Origin: Eledone cirrhosa
Taxonomy: Eukaryota
DNA: 64,000 nucleotides
Direction: 5' to 3'
Assembly (NCBI GenBank): GCA_964016885.1
Contig: CAXHJY010001487.1
Location: forward strand, 1-64,000
Part shown: positions 26,990 to 40,446 of the stretch, in pieces
How positions within the stretch are numbered: the stretch's first letter is position 1
Layout of the letters: the number at the start of each line of letters is the position of its first letter
Notes under the pieces: generated by a model
What the model was told of the DNA's origin: nothing
The model's input: the letters and a program-made list of their open reading frames with translations, nothing else
Database searches by the model: none
Translations under genes and position numbers: made by a program

Positions 26990-29900
26990 GATCCGACCAT
27001 AGGCGGCCGGCCCACGATCGAAAAGGTAACTCCGCCGGCAAATTCGCATTTTTGTGATTCGTTTCTTCGAAGCACACCATTCGCTGGTGGACTTCAGCTT
27101 CCGCATTTAGCATGGGCAACGTTTCGTGAAAATCACACCACACAGAGCAAATGTGTGTCTGCACATGGACCAGTAATTACAGATCGATCCGACCACAGGC
27201 GGCCGGCCCACGATCGAAAAGGTAACTCCGCCGGTAAATAGTCATTTTTGTGATTCGTTTTCTTCGAAGCACACCATTCGCCGCCGGACTTCAGCTTCCT
27301 CATTTAGCATGGGTAGTTTTTCTTGAAAATCACACCACACACCGGCAATGAGTGTCTGCACATGCACCAGTAATTACAAATCGATCCGACCACGGGCGGC
27401 CGGCCACGATCGAAAAGGTAACTCCGCCGGCAAATTCGCATTTTTGTGATTCGTTTCTTCGAAGCACACCATTCGCTGGTGGACTTCAGCTTCCGCATTT
27501 AGCATGGGCAACGTTTCGTGAAAATCACACCACACAGAGCAATTGTGTGTCTGCACATGGACCAGTAATTACAGATCGATTCGACCACAGGCGGCCGGCC
27601 CACGATCGAAAAGGTAACTCCGCCGGCAAATTCGCATTTTTGTGATTCGTTTCTTCGAAGCACACCATTCGCTGGTGGACTTCAGCTTCCGCATTTAGCA
27701 TGGGCAACTTTTCTTGAAAATCACACCACACACAGGCAATGAGGGTCTGCACATGTACCAGTAATTACAAATCGATCCGACCACGGGCGGCCGGCCAGGA
27801 TCGAAAAGGTAACTCCGCCGGCAAATTCGCATTTTTGTGATTCGTTTCTTCGAAGCACACCATTCGCTGGTGGACTTCAGCTTCCTCATTTAGCATGGGC
27901 AGCTTTTCTTGAACATCACACCACACACAGCCAATGAGTGTCTGCACATATACCAGTAATTACAGATCGATCCGACCACGGGCGGCCAGCCCACGATCGA
28001 AAAGGTAACTCCGCCGGCAAATTCGCATTTTTGTGATTCGTTTCTTCGAAGCACACCATTCGCTGGTGGACTTCAGCTTCCGCATTTAGCATGGGCAACT
28101 TTTCTTGAAAATCACACCACACACAGCTAATGAGTGTATGCACATATACCAGTAATTACAGATCGATCCGACCACGGGCGGCCGGCCCACGATTGAAAAG
28201 GTAACTCCGCCGGCAAATTCGCATTTTTGTGATTCGTTTCTTCGAAGCACACCATTCGCTGGTGGACTTCAGCTTCCGCATTTAGCATGGGCAGCTTTTC
28301 TTGAACATCACACCACACACAGCCAATGAGTGTCTCCACATATACCAGTAATTACAGATCGATCCGACCACGGGCGGCCGGCCCACGATCGAAAAGGTAA
28401 CTCCGCCGGCAAATTCGCATTTTTGTGATTCGTTTCTTCGAAGCACACCATTCGCTGGTAGACTTCAGCTTCCGCATTTAGCATGGGCAGCGTTTCTTGA
28501 AAATCACACCACACACAGTCAATGAGTGTCTGCACATATACCAGTAATTACAGATCGATCCGACCAGAGGCGGCCGGCCCACGATCGAAAAGGTAACTCC
28601 GCCGGTAAATAGTCATTTTTGTGATTCGTTTTCTTCGAAGCACACCATTCGCCGCCGGACTTCAGCTTCCTCATTTAGCATGGGCAGTTTTTCTTGAACA
28701 TCACACCACACACAGCCAATGAGTGTCTGCACATATACCAGTAATTACAGATCGATCCGACCACGGGCGGCCGGCCCACGATCGAAAAGGTAACTCCGCC
28801 GGCAAATTCGCATTTTTGTGATTCGTTTCTTCGAAGCACACCATTCGCTGGTGGACTTCAGCTTCCGCATTTAGCATGGGCAGCTTTTCTTGAAAATCAC
28901 ACCACACACAGCAGATGTGTGTCTGCACATGGACCAGTAATTACAGATCGATCCGACCATAGGCGGCCGGCCCACGATCGAAAAGGTAACTCCGCCGGCA
29001 AATTCGCATTTTTGTGATTCGTTTCTTCGAAGCACACCATTCGCTGGTGGACTTCAGCTTCCGCATTTAGCATGGGCAGCTTTTCTTGAAAATCACACCA
29101 CACACAGCAAATTTGTGTTTGCACATGGACCAGTAATTACAGATCGATCCGACCATAGGCGGCCGGCCCACGATCGAAAAGGTAACTCCGCCGGCAAATT
29201 CGCATTTTTGTGATTCGTTTCTTCGAAGCACACCATTCGCTGGTGGACTTCAGCTTCCGCATTTAGCATGGGCAACTTTTCTTGAACATCACACCACACA
29301 CAGCCAATGAGTGTCTGCACATATACCAGTAATTACAGATCGATCCGACCACGGGCGGCCGGCCCACGATCGAAAAGGTAACTCCGCCGGCAAATTCGCA
29401 TTTTTGTGATTCGTTTCTTCGAAGCACACCATTCGCTGGTGGACTTCAGCTTCCGCATTTAGCATGGGCAACTTTTCTTGAAAATCACACCACACACAGG
29501 CAATGAGTGTCTGCACATGTACCAGTAATTACAAATCGATCCGACCACGGGCGGCCGGCCACGATCGAAAAGGTAACTCCGCCGGCAAATTCGCATTTTT
29601 GTGATTCGTTTCTTCGAAGCACACCATTCGCTGGTGGAATTCAGCTTCCTCATTTAGCATGGGCAGCTTTTCTTGAAAATCACACCACACACAGCCAATG
29701 AGTGTATGCACATATACCAGTAATTACAGATCGATCCGACCACGGGCGGCCGGCCCACGATCGAAAAGGTAACTCCGCCGGCAAATTCGCATTTTTGTGA
29801 TTCGTTTCTTCGAAGCACACCATTCGCTGGTGGACTTCAGCTTCCGCATTTAGCATGGGCAGCTTTTCTTGAACATCACACCACACACAGCCAATGAGTG

Positions 29901-32870
29901 TCTCCACATATACCAGTAATTACAGATCGATCCGACCATAGGCGGCCGGCCCACGATCGAAAAGGTAACTCCGCCGGCAAATTCGCATTTTTGTGATTCG
30001 TTTCTTCGAAGCACACCATTCGCTGGTGGACTTCAGCTTCCGCATTTAGCATGGGCAACGTTTCGTGAAAATCACACCACACAGAGCAAATGTGTGTCTG
30101 CACATGGACCAGTAATTACAGATCGATCCGACCACAGGCGGCCGGCCCACGATCGAAAAGGTAACTCCGCCGGTAAATAGTCATTTTTGTGATTCGTTTT
30201 CTTCGAAGCACACCATTCGCCGCCGGACTTCAGCTTCCTCATTTAGCATGGGTAGTTTTTCTTGAAAATCACACCACACACCGGCAATGAGTGTCTGCAC
30301 ATGCACCAGTAATTACAAATCGATCCGACCACGGGCGGCCGGCCACGATCGAAAAGGTAACTCCGCCGGCAAATTCGCATTTTTGTGATTCGTTTCTTCG
30401 AAGCACACCATTCGCTGGTGGACTTCAGCTTCCGCATTTAGCATGGGCAACGTTTCGTGAAAATCACACCACACAGAGCAATTGTGTGTCTGCACATGGA
30501 CCAGTAATTACAGATCGATTCGACCACAGGCGGCCGGCCCACGATCGAAAAGGTAACTCCGCCGGCAAATTCGCATTTTTGTGATTCGTTTCTTCGAAGC
30601 ACACCATTCGCTGGTGGACTTCAGCTTCCGCATTTAGCATGGGCAACTTTTCTTGAAAATCACACCACACACAGGCAATGAGGGTCTGCACATGTACCAG
30701 TAATTACAAATCGATCCGACCACGGGCGGCCGGCCAGGATCGAAAAGGTAACTCCGCCGGCAAATTCGCATTTTTGTGATTCGTTTCTTCGAAGCACACC
30801 ATTCGCTGGTGGACTTCAGCTTCCTCATTTAGCATGGGCAGCTTTTCTTGAACATCACACCACACACAGCCAATGAGTGTCTGCACATATACCAGTAATT
30901 ACAGATCGATCCGACCACGGGCGGCCAGCCCACGATCGAAAAGGTAACTCCGCCGGCAAATTCGCATTTTTGTGATTCGTTTCTTCGAAGCACACCATTC
31001 GCTGGTGGACTTCAGCTTCCGCATTTAGCATGGGCAACTTTTCTTGAAAATCACACCACACACAGCTAATGAGTGTATGCACATATACCAGTAATTACAG
31101 ATCGATCCGACCACGGGCGGCCGGCCCATGATCGAAAAGGTAACTCCGCCGGCAAATTCGCATTTTTGTGATTCGTTTCTTCGAAGCACACCATTCGCTG
31201 GTGGACTTCAGCTTCCGCATTTAGCATGGGCAGCTTTTCTTGAACATCACACCACACACAGCCAATGAGTGTCTCCACATATACCAGTAATTACAGATCG
31301 ATCCGACCACGGGCGGCCGGCCCACGATCGAAAAGGTAACTCCGCCGGCAAATTCGCATTTTTGTGATTCGTTTCTTCGAAGCACACCATTCGCTGGTAG
31401 ACTTCAGCTTCCGCATTTAGCATGGGCAGCGTTTCTTGAAAATCACACCACACACAGTCAATGAGTGTCTGCACATATACCAGTAATTACAGATCGATCC
31501 GACCAGAGGCGGCCGGCCCACGATCGAAAAGGTAACTCCGCCGGTAAATAGTCATTTTTGTGATTCGTTTTCTTCGAAGCACACCATTCGCCGCCGGACT
31601 TCAGCTTCCTCATTTAGCATGGGCAGTTTTTCTTGAACATCACACCACACACAGCCAATGAGTGTCTGCACATATACCAGTAATTACAGATCGATCCGAC
31701 CACGGGCGGCCGGCCCACGATCGAAAAGGTAACTCCGCCGGCAAATTCGCATTTTTGTGATTCGTTTCTTCGAAGCACACCATTCGCTGGTGGACTTCAG
31801 CTTCCGCATTTAGCATGGGCAGCTTTTCTTGAAAATCACACCACACACAGCAGATGTGTGTCTGCACATGGACCAGTAATTACAGATCGATCCGACCATA
31901 GGCGGCCGGCCCACGATCGAAAAGGTAACTCCGCCGGCAAATTCGCATTTTTGTGATTCGTTTCTTCGAAGCACACCATTCGCTGGTGGACTTCAGCTTC
32001 CGCATTTAGCATGGGCAGCTTTTCTTGAAAATCACACCACACACAGCAAATTTGTGTTTGCACATGGACCAGTAATTACAGATCGATCCGACCATAGGCG
32101 GCCGGCCCACGATCGAAAAGGTAACTCCGCCGGCAAATTCGCATTTTTGTGATTCGTTTCTTCGAAGCACACCATTCGCTGGTGGACTTCAGCTTCCGCA
32201 TTTAGCATGGGCAACTTTTCTTGAACATCACACCACACACAGCCAATGAGCGTCTGCACATATACCAGTAATTACAGATCGATCCGACCACGGGCGGCCG
32301 GCCCACGATCGAAAAGGTAACTCCGCCGGCAAATTCGCATTTTTGTGATTCGTTTCTTCGAAGCACACCATTCGCTGGTGGACTTCAGCTTCCGCATTTA
32401 GCATGGGCAACTTTTCTTGAAAATCACACCACACACAGGCAATGAGTGTCTGCACATGTACCAGTAATTACAAATCGATCCGACCACGGGCGGCCGGCCA
32501 CGATCGAAAAGGTAACTCCGCCGGCAAATTCGCATTTTTGTGATTCGTTTCTTCGAAGCACACCATTCGCTGGTGGAATTCAGCTTCCTCATTTAGCATG
32601 GGCAGCCTTTCTTGAAAATCACACCACACACAGCCAATGAGTGTATGCACATATACCAGTAATTACAGATCGATCCGACCACGGGCGGCCGGCCCACGAT
32701 CGAAAAGGTAACTCCGCCGGCAAATTCGCATTTTTGTGATTCGTTTCTTCGAAGCACACCATTCGCTGGTGGACTTCAGCTTCCGCATTTAGCATGGGCA
32801 GCTTTTCTTGAACATCACACCACACACAGCCAATGAGTGTCTCCACATATACCAGTAATTACAGATCGAT
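26990..32870. repeat. Tandem duplication of 15 monomers (2939-bp period)
   Basis: The private variant gcaattgtgtg is at ~27541 and ~30480. ORF pairs 27304/30243, 28701/31640 and 29680/32619 are all offset 2939. Confidence 0.85.
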
Positions 32871-35800
32871 CCGACCACGGGCGGCCGGCCCACGATCGAA
32901 AAGGTAACTCCGCCGGCAAATTCGCATTTTTGTGATTCGTTTCTTCGAAGGACACCATTCGCTGGTAGACTTCAGCTTCCGCATTTAGCATGGGCAGCGT
33001 TTCTTGAAAATCACACCACACACAGTCAATGAGTGTCTGCACATATACCACTAATTACAGATCGATCCGACCACAGGCGGCCGGCCCACGATCGAAAAGG
33101 TAACTCCGCCGGTAAATAGTCATTTTTGTGATTCGTTTTCTTCGAAGCACACCATTCGCCGCCGGACTTCAGCTTCCTCATTTAGCATGGGCAGTTTTTC
33201 TTGAACATCACACCACACACAGCCAATGAGTGTCTGCACATATACCAGTAATTACAGATCGATCCGACCACGGGCGGCCGGCCCACGATCGAAAAGGTAA
33301 CTCCGCCGGCAAATTCGCATTTTTGTGATTCGTTTCTTCGAAGCACACCATTCGCTGGTGGACTTCAGCTTCCTCATTTAGCATGGGCAGCTTTTCTTGA
33401 AAATCACACCACACACAGCTAATGAGTGTCTGCACATATACCAGTAATTACAGATCGATCCGACCACAGGCGGCCGGCCCACGATCGAAAAGGTAACTCC
33501 GCCGGCAAATTCGCATTTTTGTGATTCGTTTCTTCGAAGCACACCATTCGTGGGTAGACTTCAGCTTCCGCATTTAGCATGGGCAGCTTTTCTTGAAAAT
33601 CACACCACACACAGCAAATGTGTGTCTGCACATGGACCAGTAATTACAGATCGATCCGACCATAGGCGGCCGGCCCACGATCGAAAAGGTAACTCCGCCG
33701 GCAAATTCGCATTTTTGTGATTCGTTTCTTCGAAGCACACCATTCGCTGGTGGACTTCAGCTTCCGCATTTAGCATGGGCAACGTTTCGTGAAAATCACA
33801 CCACACAGAGCAAATGTGTGTCTGCACATGGACCAGTAATTACAGATCGATCCGACCACAGGCGGCCGGCCCACGATCGAAAAGGTAACTCCGCCGGTAA
33901 ATAGTCATTTTTGTGATTCGTTTTCTTCGAAGCACACCATTCGCCGCCGGACTTCAGCTTCCTCATTTAGCATGGGTAGTTTTTCTTGAAAATCACACCA
34001 CACACCGGCAATGAGTGTCTGCACATGCACCAGTAATTACAAATCGATCCGACCACGGGCGGCCGGCCACGATCGAAAAGGTAACTCCGCCGGCAAATTC
34101 GCATTTTTGTGATTCGTTTCTTCGAAGCACACCATTCGCTGGTGGACTTCAGCTTCCTCATTTAGCATGGGCAGCTTTTTTTGAAAATCACACCACACAC
34201 AGTCAATGAGTGTCTGCACATATACCAGTAATTACAGATCGATCCGACCACAGGCGGCCGGCCCACGATCGAAAAGGTAACTCCGCCGGCAAATTCGCAT
34301 TTTTGTGATTCGTTTCTTCGAAGCACACCATTCGCTGGTGGACTTCAGCTTCCGCATTTAGCATGGGCAGCTTTTCTTGAACATCACACCACACACAGCC
34401 AATGAGTGTCTCCACATATACCAGTAATTACAGATCGATCCGACCACGGGCGGCCGGCCCACGATCGAAAAGGTAACTCCGCCGGCAAATTCGCATTTTT
34501 GTGATTCGTTTCTTCGAAGCACACCATTCGCTGGTAGACTTCAGCTTCCGCATTTAGCATGGGCAGCGTTTCTTGAAAATCACACCACACACAGTCAATG
34601 AGTGTCTGCACATATACCAGTAATTACAGATCGATCCGACCAGAGGCGGCCGGCCCACGATCGAAAAGGTAACTCCGCCGGTAAATAGTCATTTTTGTGA
34701 TTCGTTTTCTTCGAAGCACACCATTCGCCGCCGGACTTCAGCTTCCTCATTTAGCATGGGCAGTTTTTCTTGAACATCACACCACACACAGCCAATGAGT
34801 GTCTGCACATATACCAGTAATTACAGATCGATCCGACCACGGGCGGCCGGCCCACGATCGAAAAGGTAACTCCGCCGGCAAATTCGCATTTTTGTGATTC
34901 GTTTCTTCGAAGCACACCATTCGCTGGTGGACTTCAGCTTCCGCATTTAGCATGGGCAGCTTTTCTTGAAAATCACACCACACACAGCAGATGTGTGTCT
35001 GCACATGGACCAGTAATTACAGATCGATCCGACCATAGGCGGCCGGCCCACGATCGAAAAGGTAACTCCGCCGGCAAATTCGCATTTTTGTGATTCGTTT
35101 CTTCGAAGCACACCATTCGCTGGTGGACTTCAGCTTCCGCATTTAGCATGGGCAGCTTTTCTTGAAAATCACACCACACACAGCAAATTTGTGTTTGCAC
35201 ATGGACCAGTAATTACAGATCGATCCGACCATAGGCGGCCGGCCCACGATCGAAAAGGTAACTCCGCCGGCAAATTCGCATTTTTGTGATTCGTTTCTTC
35301 GAAGCACACCATTCGCTGGTGGACTTCAGCTTCCGCATTTAGCATGGGCAACTTTTCTTGAACATCACACCACACACAGCCAATGAGTGTCTGCACATAT
35401 ACCAGTAATTACAGATCGATCCGACCACGGGCGGCCGGCCCACGATCGAAAAGGTAACTCCGCCGGCAAATTCGCATTTTTGTGATTCGTTTCTTCGAAG
35501 CACACCATTCGCTGGTGGACTTCAGCTTCCGCATTTAGCATGGGCAACTTTTCTTGAAAATCACACCACACACAGGCAATGAGTGTCTGCACATGTACCA
35601 GTAATTACAAATCGATCCGACCACGGGCGGCCGGCCACGATCGAAAAGGTAACTCCGCCGGCAAATTCGCATTTTTGTGATTCGTTTCTTCGAAGCACAC
35701 CATTCGCTGGTGGAATTCAGCTTCCTCATTTAGCATGGGCAGCTTTTCTTGAAAATCACACCACACACAGCCAATGAGTGTATGCACATATACCAGTAAT

Positions 35801-38800
35801 TACAGATCGATCCGACCACGGGCGGCCGGCCCACGATCGAAAAGGTAACTCCGCCGGCAAATTCGCATTTTTGTGATTCGTTTCTTCGAAGCACACCATT
35901 CGCTGGTGGACTTCAGCTTCCGCATTTAGCATGGGCAGCTTTTCTTGAACATCACACCACACACAGCCAATGAGTGTCTCCACATATACCAGTAATTACA
36001 GATCGATCCGACCATAGGCGGCCGGCCCACGATCGAAAAGGTAACTCCGCCGGCAAATTCGCATTTTTGTGATTCGTTTCTTCGAAGCACACCATTCGCT
36101 GGTGGACTTCAGCTTCCGCATTTAGCATGGGCAACGTTTCGTGAAAATCACACCACACAGAGCAAATGTGTGTCTGCACATGGACCAGTAATTACAGATC
36201 GATCCGACCACAGGCGGCCGGCCCACGATCGAAAAGGTAACTCCGCCGGTAAATAGTCATTTTTGTGATTCGTTTTCTTCGAAGCACACCATTCGCCGCC
36301 GGACTTCAGCTTCCTCATTTAGCATGGGTAGTTTTTCTTGAAAATCACACCACACACCGGCAATGAGTGTCTGCACATGCACCAGTAATTACAAATCGAT
36401 CCGACCACGGGCGGCCGGCCACGATCGAAAAGGTAACTCCGCCGGCAAATTCGCATTTTTGTGATTCGTTTCTTCGAAGCACACCATTCGCTGGTGGACT
36501 TCAGCTTCCGCATTTAGCATGGGCAACGTTTCGTGAAAATCACACCACACAGAGCAATTGTGTGTCTGCACATGGACCAGTAATTACAGATCGATTCGAC
36601 CACAGGCGGCCGGCCCACGATCGAAAAGGTAACTCCGCCGGCAAATTCGCATTTTTGTGATTCGTTTCTTCGAAGCACACCATTCGCTGGTGGACTTCAG
36701 CTTCCGCATTTAGCATGGGCAACTTTTCTTGAAAATCACACCACACACAGGCAATGAGGGTCTGCACATGTACCAGTAATTACAAATCGATCCGACCACG
36801 GGCGGCCGGCCAGGATCGAAAAGGTAACTCCGCCGGCAAATTCGCATTTTTGTGATTCGTTTCTTCGAAGCACACCATTCGCTGGTGGACTTCAGCTTCC
36901 TCATTTAGCATGGGCAGCTTTTCTTGAACATCACACCACACACAGCCAATGAGTGTCTGCACATATACCAGTAATTACAGATCGATCCGACCACGGGCGG
37001 CCAGCCCACGATCGAAAAGGTAACTCCGCCGGCAAATTCGCATTTTTGTGATTCGTTTCTTCGAAGCACACCATTCGCTGGTGGACTTCAGCTTCCGCAT
37101 TTAGCATGGGCAACTTTTCTTGAAAATCACACCACACACAGCTAATGAGTGTATGCACATATACCAGTAATTACAGATCGATCCGACCACGGGCGGCCGG
37201 CCCATGATCGAAAAGGTAACTCCGCCGGCAAATTCGCATTTTTGTGATTCGTTTCTTCGAAGCACACCATTCGCTGGTGGACTTCAGCTTCCGCATTTAG
37301 CATGGGCAGCTTTTCTTGAACATCACACCACACACAGCCAATGAGTGTCTCCACATATACCAGTAATTACAGATCGATCCGACCACGGGCGGCCGGCCCA
37401 CGATCGAAAAGGTAACTCCGCCGGCAAATTCGCATTTTTGTGATTCGTTTCTTCGAAGCACACCATTCGCTGGTAGACTTCAGCTTCCGCATTTAGCATG
37501 GGCAGCGTTTCTTGAAAATCACACCACACACAGTCAATGAGTGTCTGCACATATACCAGTAATTACAGATCGATCCGACCAGAGGCGGCCGGCCCACGAT
37601 CGAAAAGGTAACTCCGCCGGTAAATAGTCATTTTTGTGATTCGTTTTCTTCGAAGCACACCATTCGCCGCCGGACTTCAGCTTCCTCATTTAGCATGGGC
37701 AGTTTTTCTTGAACATCACACCACACACAGCCAATGAGTGTCTGCACATATACCAGTAATTACAGATCGATCCGACCACGGGCGGCCGGCCCACGATCGA
37801 AAAGGTAACTCCGCCGGCAAATTCGCATTTTTGTGATTCGTTTCTTCGAAGCACACCATTCGCTGGTGGACTTCAGCTTCCGCATTTAGCATGGGCAGCT
37901 TTTCTTGAAAATCACACCACACACAGCAGATGTGTGTCTGCACATGGACCAGTAATTACAGATCGATCCGACCATAGGCGGCCGGCCCACGATCGAAAAG
38001 GTAACTCCGCCGGCAAATTCGCATTTTTGTGATTCGTTTCTTCGAAGCACACCATTCGCTGGTGGACTTCAGCTTCCGCATTTAGCATGGGCAGCTTTTC
38101 TTGAAAATCACACCACACACAGCAAATTTGTGTTTGCACATGGACCAGTAATTACAGATCGATCCGACCATAGGCGGCCGGCCCACGATCGAAAAGGTAA
38201 CTCCGCCGGCAAATTCGCATTTTTGTGATTCGTTTCTTCGAAGCACACCATTCGCTGGTGGACTTCAGCTTCCGCATTTAGCATGGGCAACTTTTCTTGA
38301 ACATCACACCACACACAGCCAATGAGCGTCTGCACATATACCAGTAATTACAGATCGATCCGACCACGGGCGGCCGGCCCACGATCGAAAAGGTAACTCC
38401 GCCGGCAAATTCGCATTTTTGTGATTCGTTTCTTCGAAGCACACCATTCGCTGGTGGACTTCAGCTTCCGCATTTAGCATGGGCAACTTTTCTTGAAAAT
38501 CACACCACACACAGGCAATGAGTGTCTGCACATGTACCAGTAATTACAAATCGATCCGACCACGGGCGGCCGGCCACGATCGAAAAGGTAACTCCGCCGG
38601 CAAATTCGCATTTTTGTGATTCGTTTCTTCGAAGCACACCATTCGCTGGTGGAATTCAGCTTCCTCATTTAGCATGGGCAGCCTTTCTTGAAAATCACAC
38701 CACACACAGCCAATGAGTGTATGCACATATACCAGTAATTACAGATCGATCCGACCACGGGCGGCCGGCCCACGATCGAAAAGGTAACTCCGCCGGCAAA

Positions 38801-40446
38801 TTCGCATTTTTGTGATTCGTTTCTTCGAAGCACACCATTCGCTGGTGGACTTCAGCTTCCGCATTTAGCATGGGCAGCTTTTCTTGAACATCACACCACA
38901 CACAGCCAATGAGTGTCTCCACATATACCAGTAATTACAGATCGATCCGACCACGGGCGGCCGGCCCACGATCGAAAAGGTAACTCCGCCGGCAAATTCG
39001 CATTTTTGTGATTCGTTTCTTCGAAGGACACCATTCGCTGGTAGACTTCAGCTTCCGCATTTAGCATGGGCAGCGTTTCTTGAAAATCACACCACACACA
39101 GTCAATGAGTGTCTGCACATATACCACTAATTACAGATCGATCCGACCACAGGCGGCCGGCCCACGATCGAAAAGGTAACTCCGCCGGTAAATAGTCATT
39201 TTTGTGATTCGTTTTCTTCGAAGCACACCATTCGCCGCCGGACTTCAGCTTCCTCATTTAGCATGGGCAGTTTTTCTTGAACATCACACCACACACAGCC
39301 AATGAGTGTCTGCACATATACCAGTAATTACAGATCGATCCGACCACGGGCGGCCGGCCCACGATCGAAAAGGTAACTCCGCCGGCAAATTCGCATTTTT
39401 GTGATTCGTTTCTTCGAAGCACACCATTCGCTGGTGGACTTCAGCTTCCTCATTTAGCATGGGCAGCTTTTCTTGAAAATCACACCACACACAGCTAATG
39501 AGTGTCTGCACATATACCAGTAATTACAGATCGATCCGACCACAGGCGGCCGGCCCACGATCGAAAAGGTAACTCCGCCGGCAAATTCGCATTTTTGTGA
39601 TTCGTTTCTTCGAAGCACACCATTCGTGGGTAGACTTCAGCTTCCGCATTTAGCATGGGCAGCTTTTCTTGAAAATCACACCACACACAGCAAATGTGTG
39701 TCTGCACATGGACCAGTAATTACAGATCGATCCGACCATAGGCGGCCGGCCCACGATCGAAAAGGTAACTCCGCCGGCAAATTCGCATTTTTGTGATTCG
39801 TTTCTTCGAAGCACACCATTCGCTGGTGGACTTCAGCTTCCGCATTTAGCATGGGCAACGTTTCGTGAAAATCACACCACACAGAGCAAATGTGTGTCTG
39901 CACATGGACCAGTAATTACAGATCGATCCGACCACAGGCGGCCGGCCCACGATCGAAAAGGTAACTCCGCCGGTAAATAGTCATTTTTGTGATTCGTTTT
40001 CTTCGAAGCACACCATTCGCCGCCGGACTTCAGCTTCCTCATTTAGCATGGGTAGTTTTTCTTGAAAATCACACCACACACCGGCAATGAGTGTCTGCAC
40101 ATGCACCAGTAATTACAAATCGATCCGACCACGGGCGGCCGGCCACGATCGAAAAGGTAACTCCGCCGGCAAATTCGCATTTTTGTGATTCGTTTCTTCG
40201 AAGCACACCATTCGCTGGTGGACTTCAGCTTCCTCATTTAGCATGGGCAGCTTTTTTTGAAAATCACACCACACACAGTCAATGAGTGTCTGCACATATA
40301 CCAGTAATTACAGATCGATCCGACCACAGGCGGCCGGCCCACGATCGAAAAGGTAACTCCGCCGGCAAATTCGCATTTTTGTGATTCGTTTCTTCGAAGC
40401 ACACCATTCGCTGGTGGACTTCAGCTTCCGCATTTAGCATGGGCAG
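28195..40446. repeat. Tandem duplication of 31 monomers (6076-bp period), apparently near-identical copies
   Basis: Private variants are paired at offset 6076: ggcccatgatc (~31127/37203), gagcgtctgc (~32251/38327), gcagcctttc (~32606/38682) and gaaggacacc (~32951/39027). Confidence 0.9.
28701..28896 (+). repeat. Representative consensus-type monomer (196 bp, 50% GC, 14 CpG)
   Basis: tcacaccacacacagccaatgagtgtctgcacatataccagtaattacagatcgatccgaccacgggcggccggcccacgatcgaaaaggtaactccgccggcaaattcgcatttttgtgattcgtttcttcgaagcacaccattcgctggtggacttcagcttccgcatttagcatgggcagcttttcttgaaaa. Counted by hand; the phase of the monomer start is arbitrary. Confidence 0.95.

Noticed and set aside
28676-28760. 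Pol III internal promoter or tRNA/SINE origin (GATCGATCC fits GWTCRANNC; TAGCATGGGCAG is A-box-like)
   Set aside because: The A-box has two mismatches, a T4-T5 run lies between the boxes, and there is no cloverleaf. Such short degenerate matches are expected by chance.
28806-28862. CENP-B box (several TTCG motifs)
   Set aside because: None completes the NTTCGNNNNANNCGGGN core on either strand.
28820-28870. Hammerhead ribozyme as found in some animal satellites (minus strand CTGAAGT + CACCA/TGGTG hairpin + GAAAC; plus-strand ctaatgag...cgaaa)
   Set aside because: The CUGANGA core is mismatched, GAAA does not directly follow the hairpin, and stems I and III are not evident. An Infernal/Rfam search would settle it.
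28701-28896. Identity with the Trypanosoma cruzi 195-bp satellite, 5S rDNA, spliced-leader arrays or alpha satellite
   Set aside because: Only the unit length is similar. I see no convincing sequence similarity to these families as I recall them; BLAST is needed to confirm.
28817-28902. TGTGA...TCACA CRP-like bacterial operator
   Set aside because: The half-sites are about 75 bp apart rather than 6 bp, and there is no gene context.
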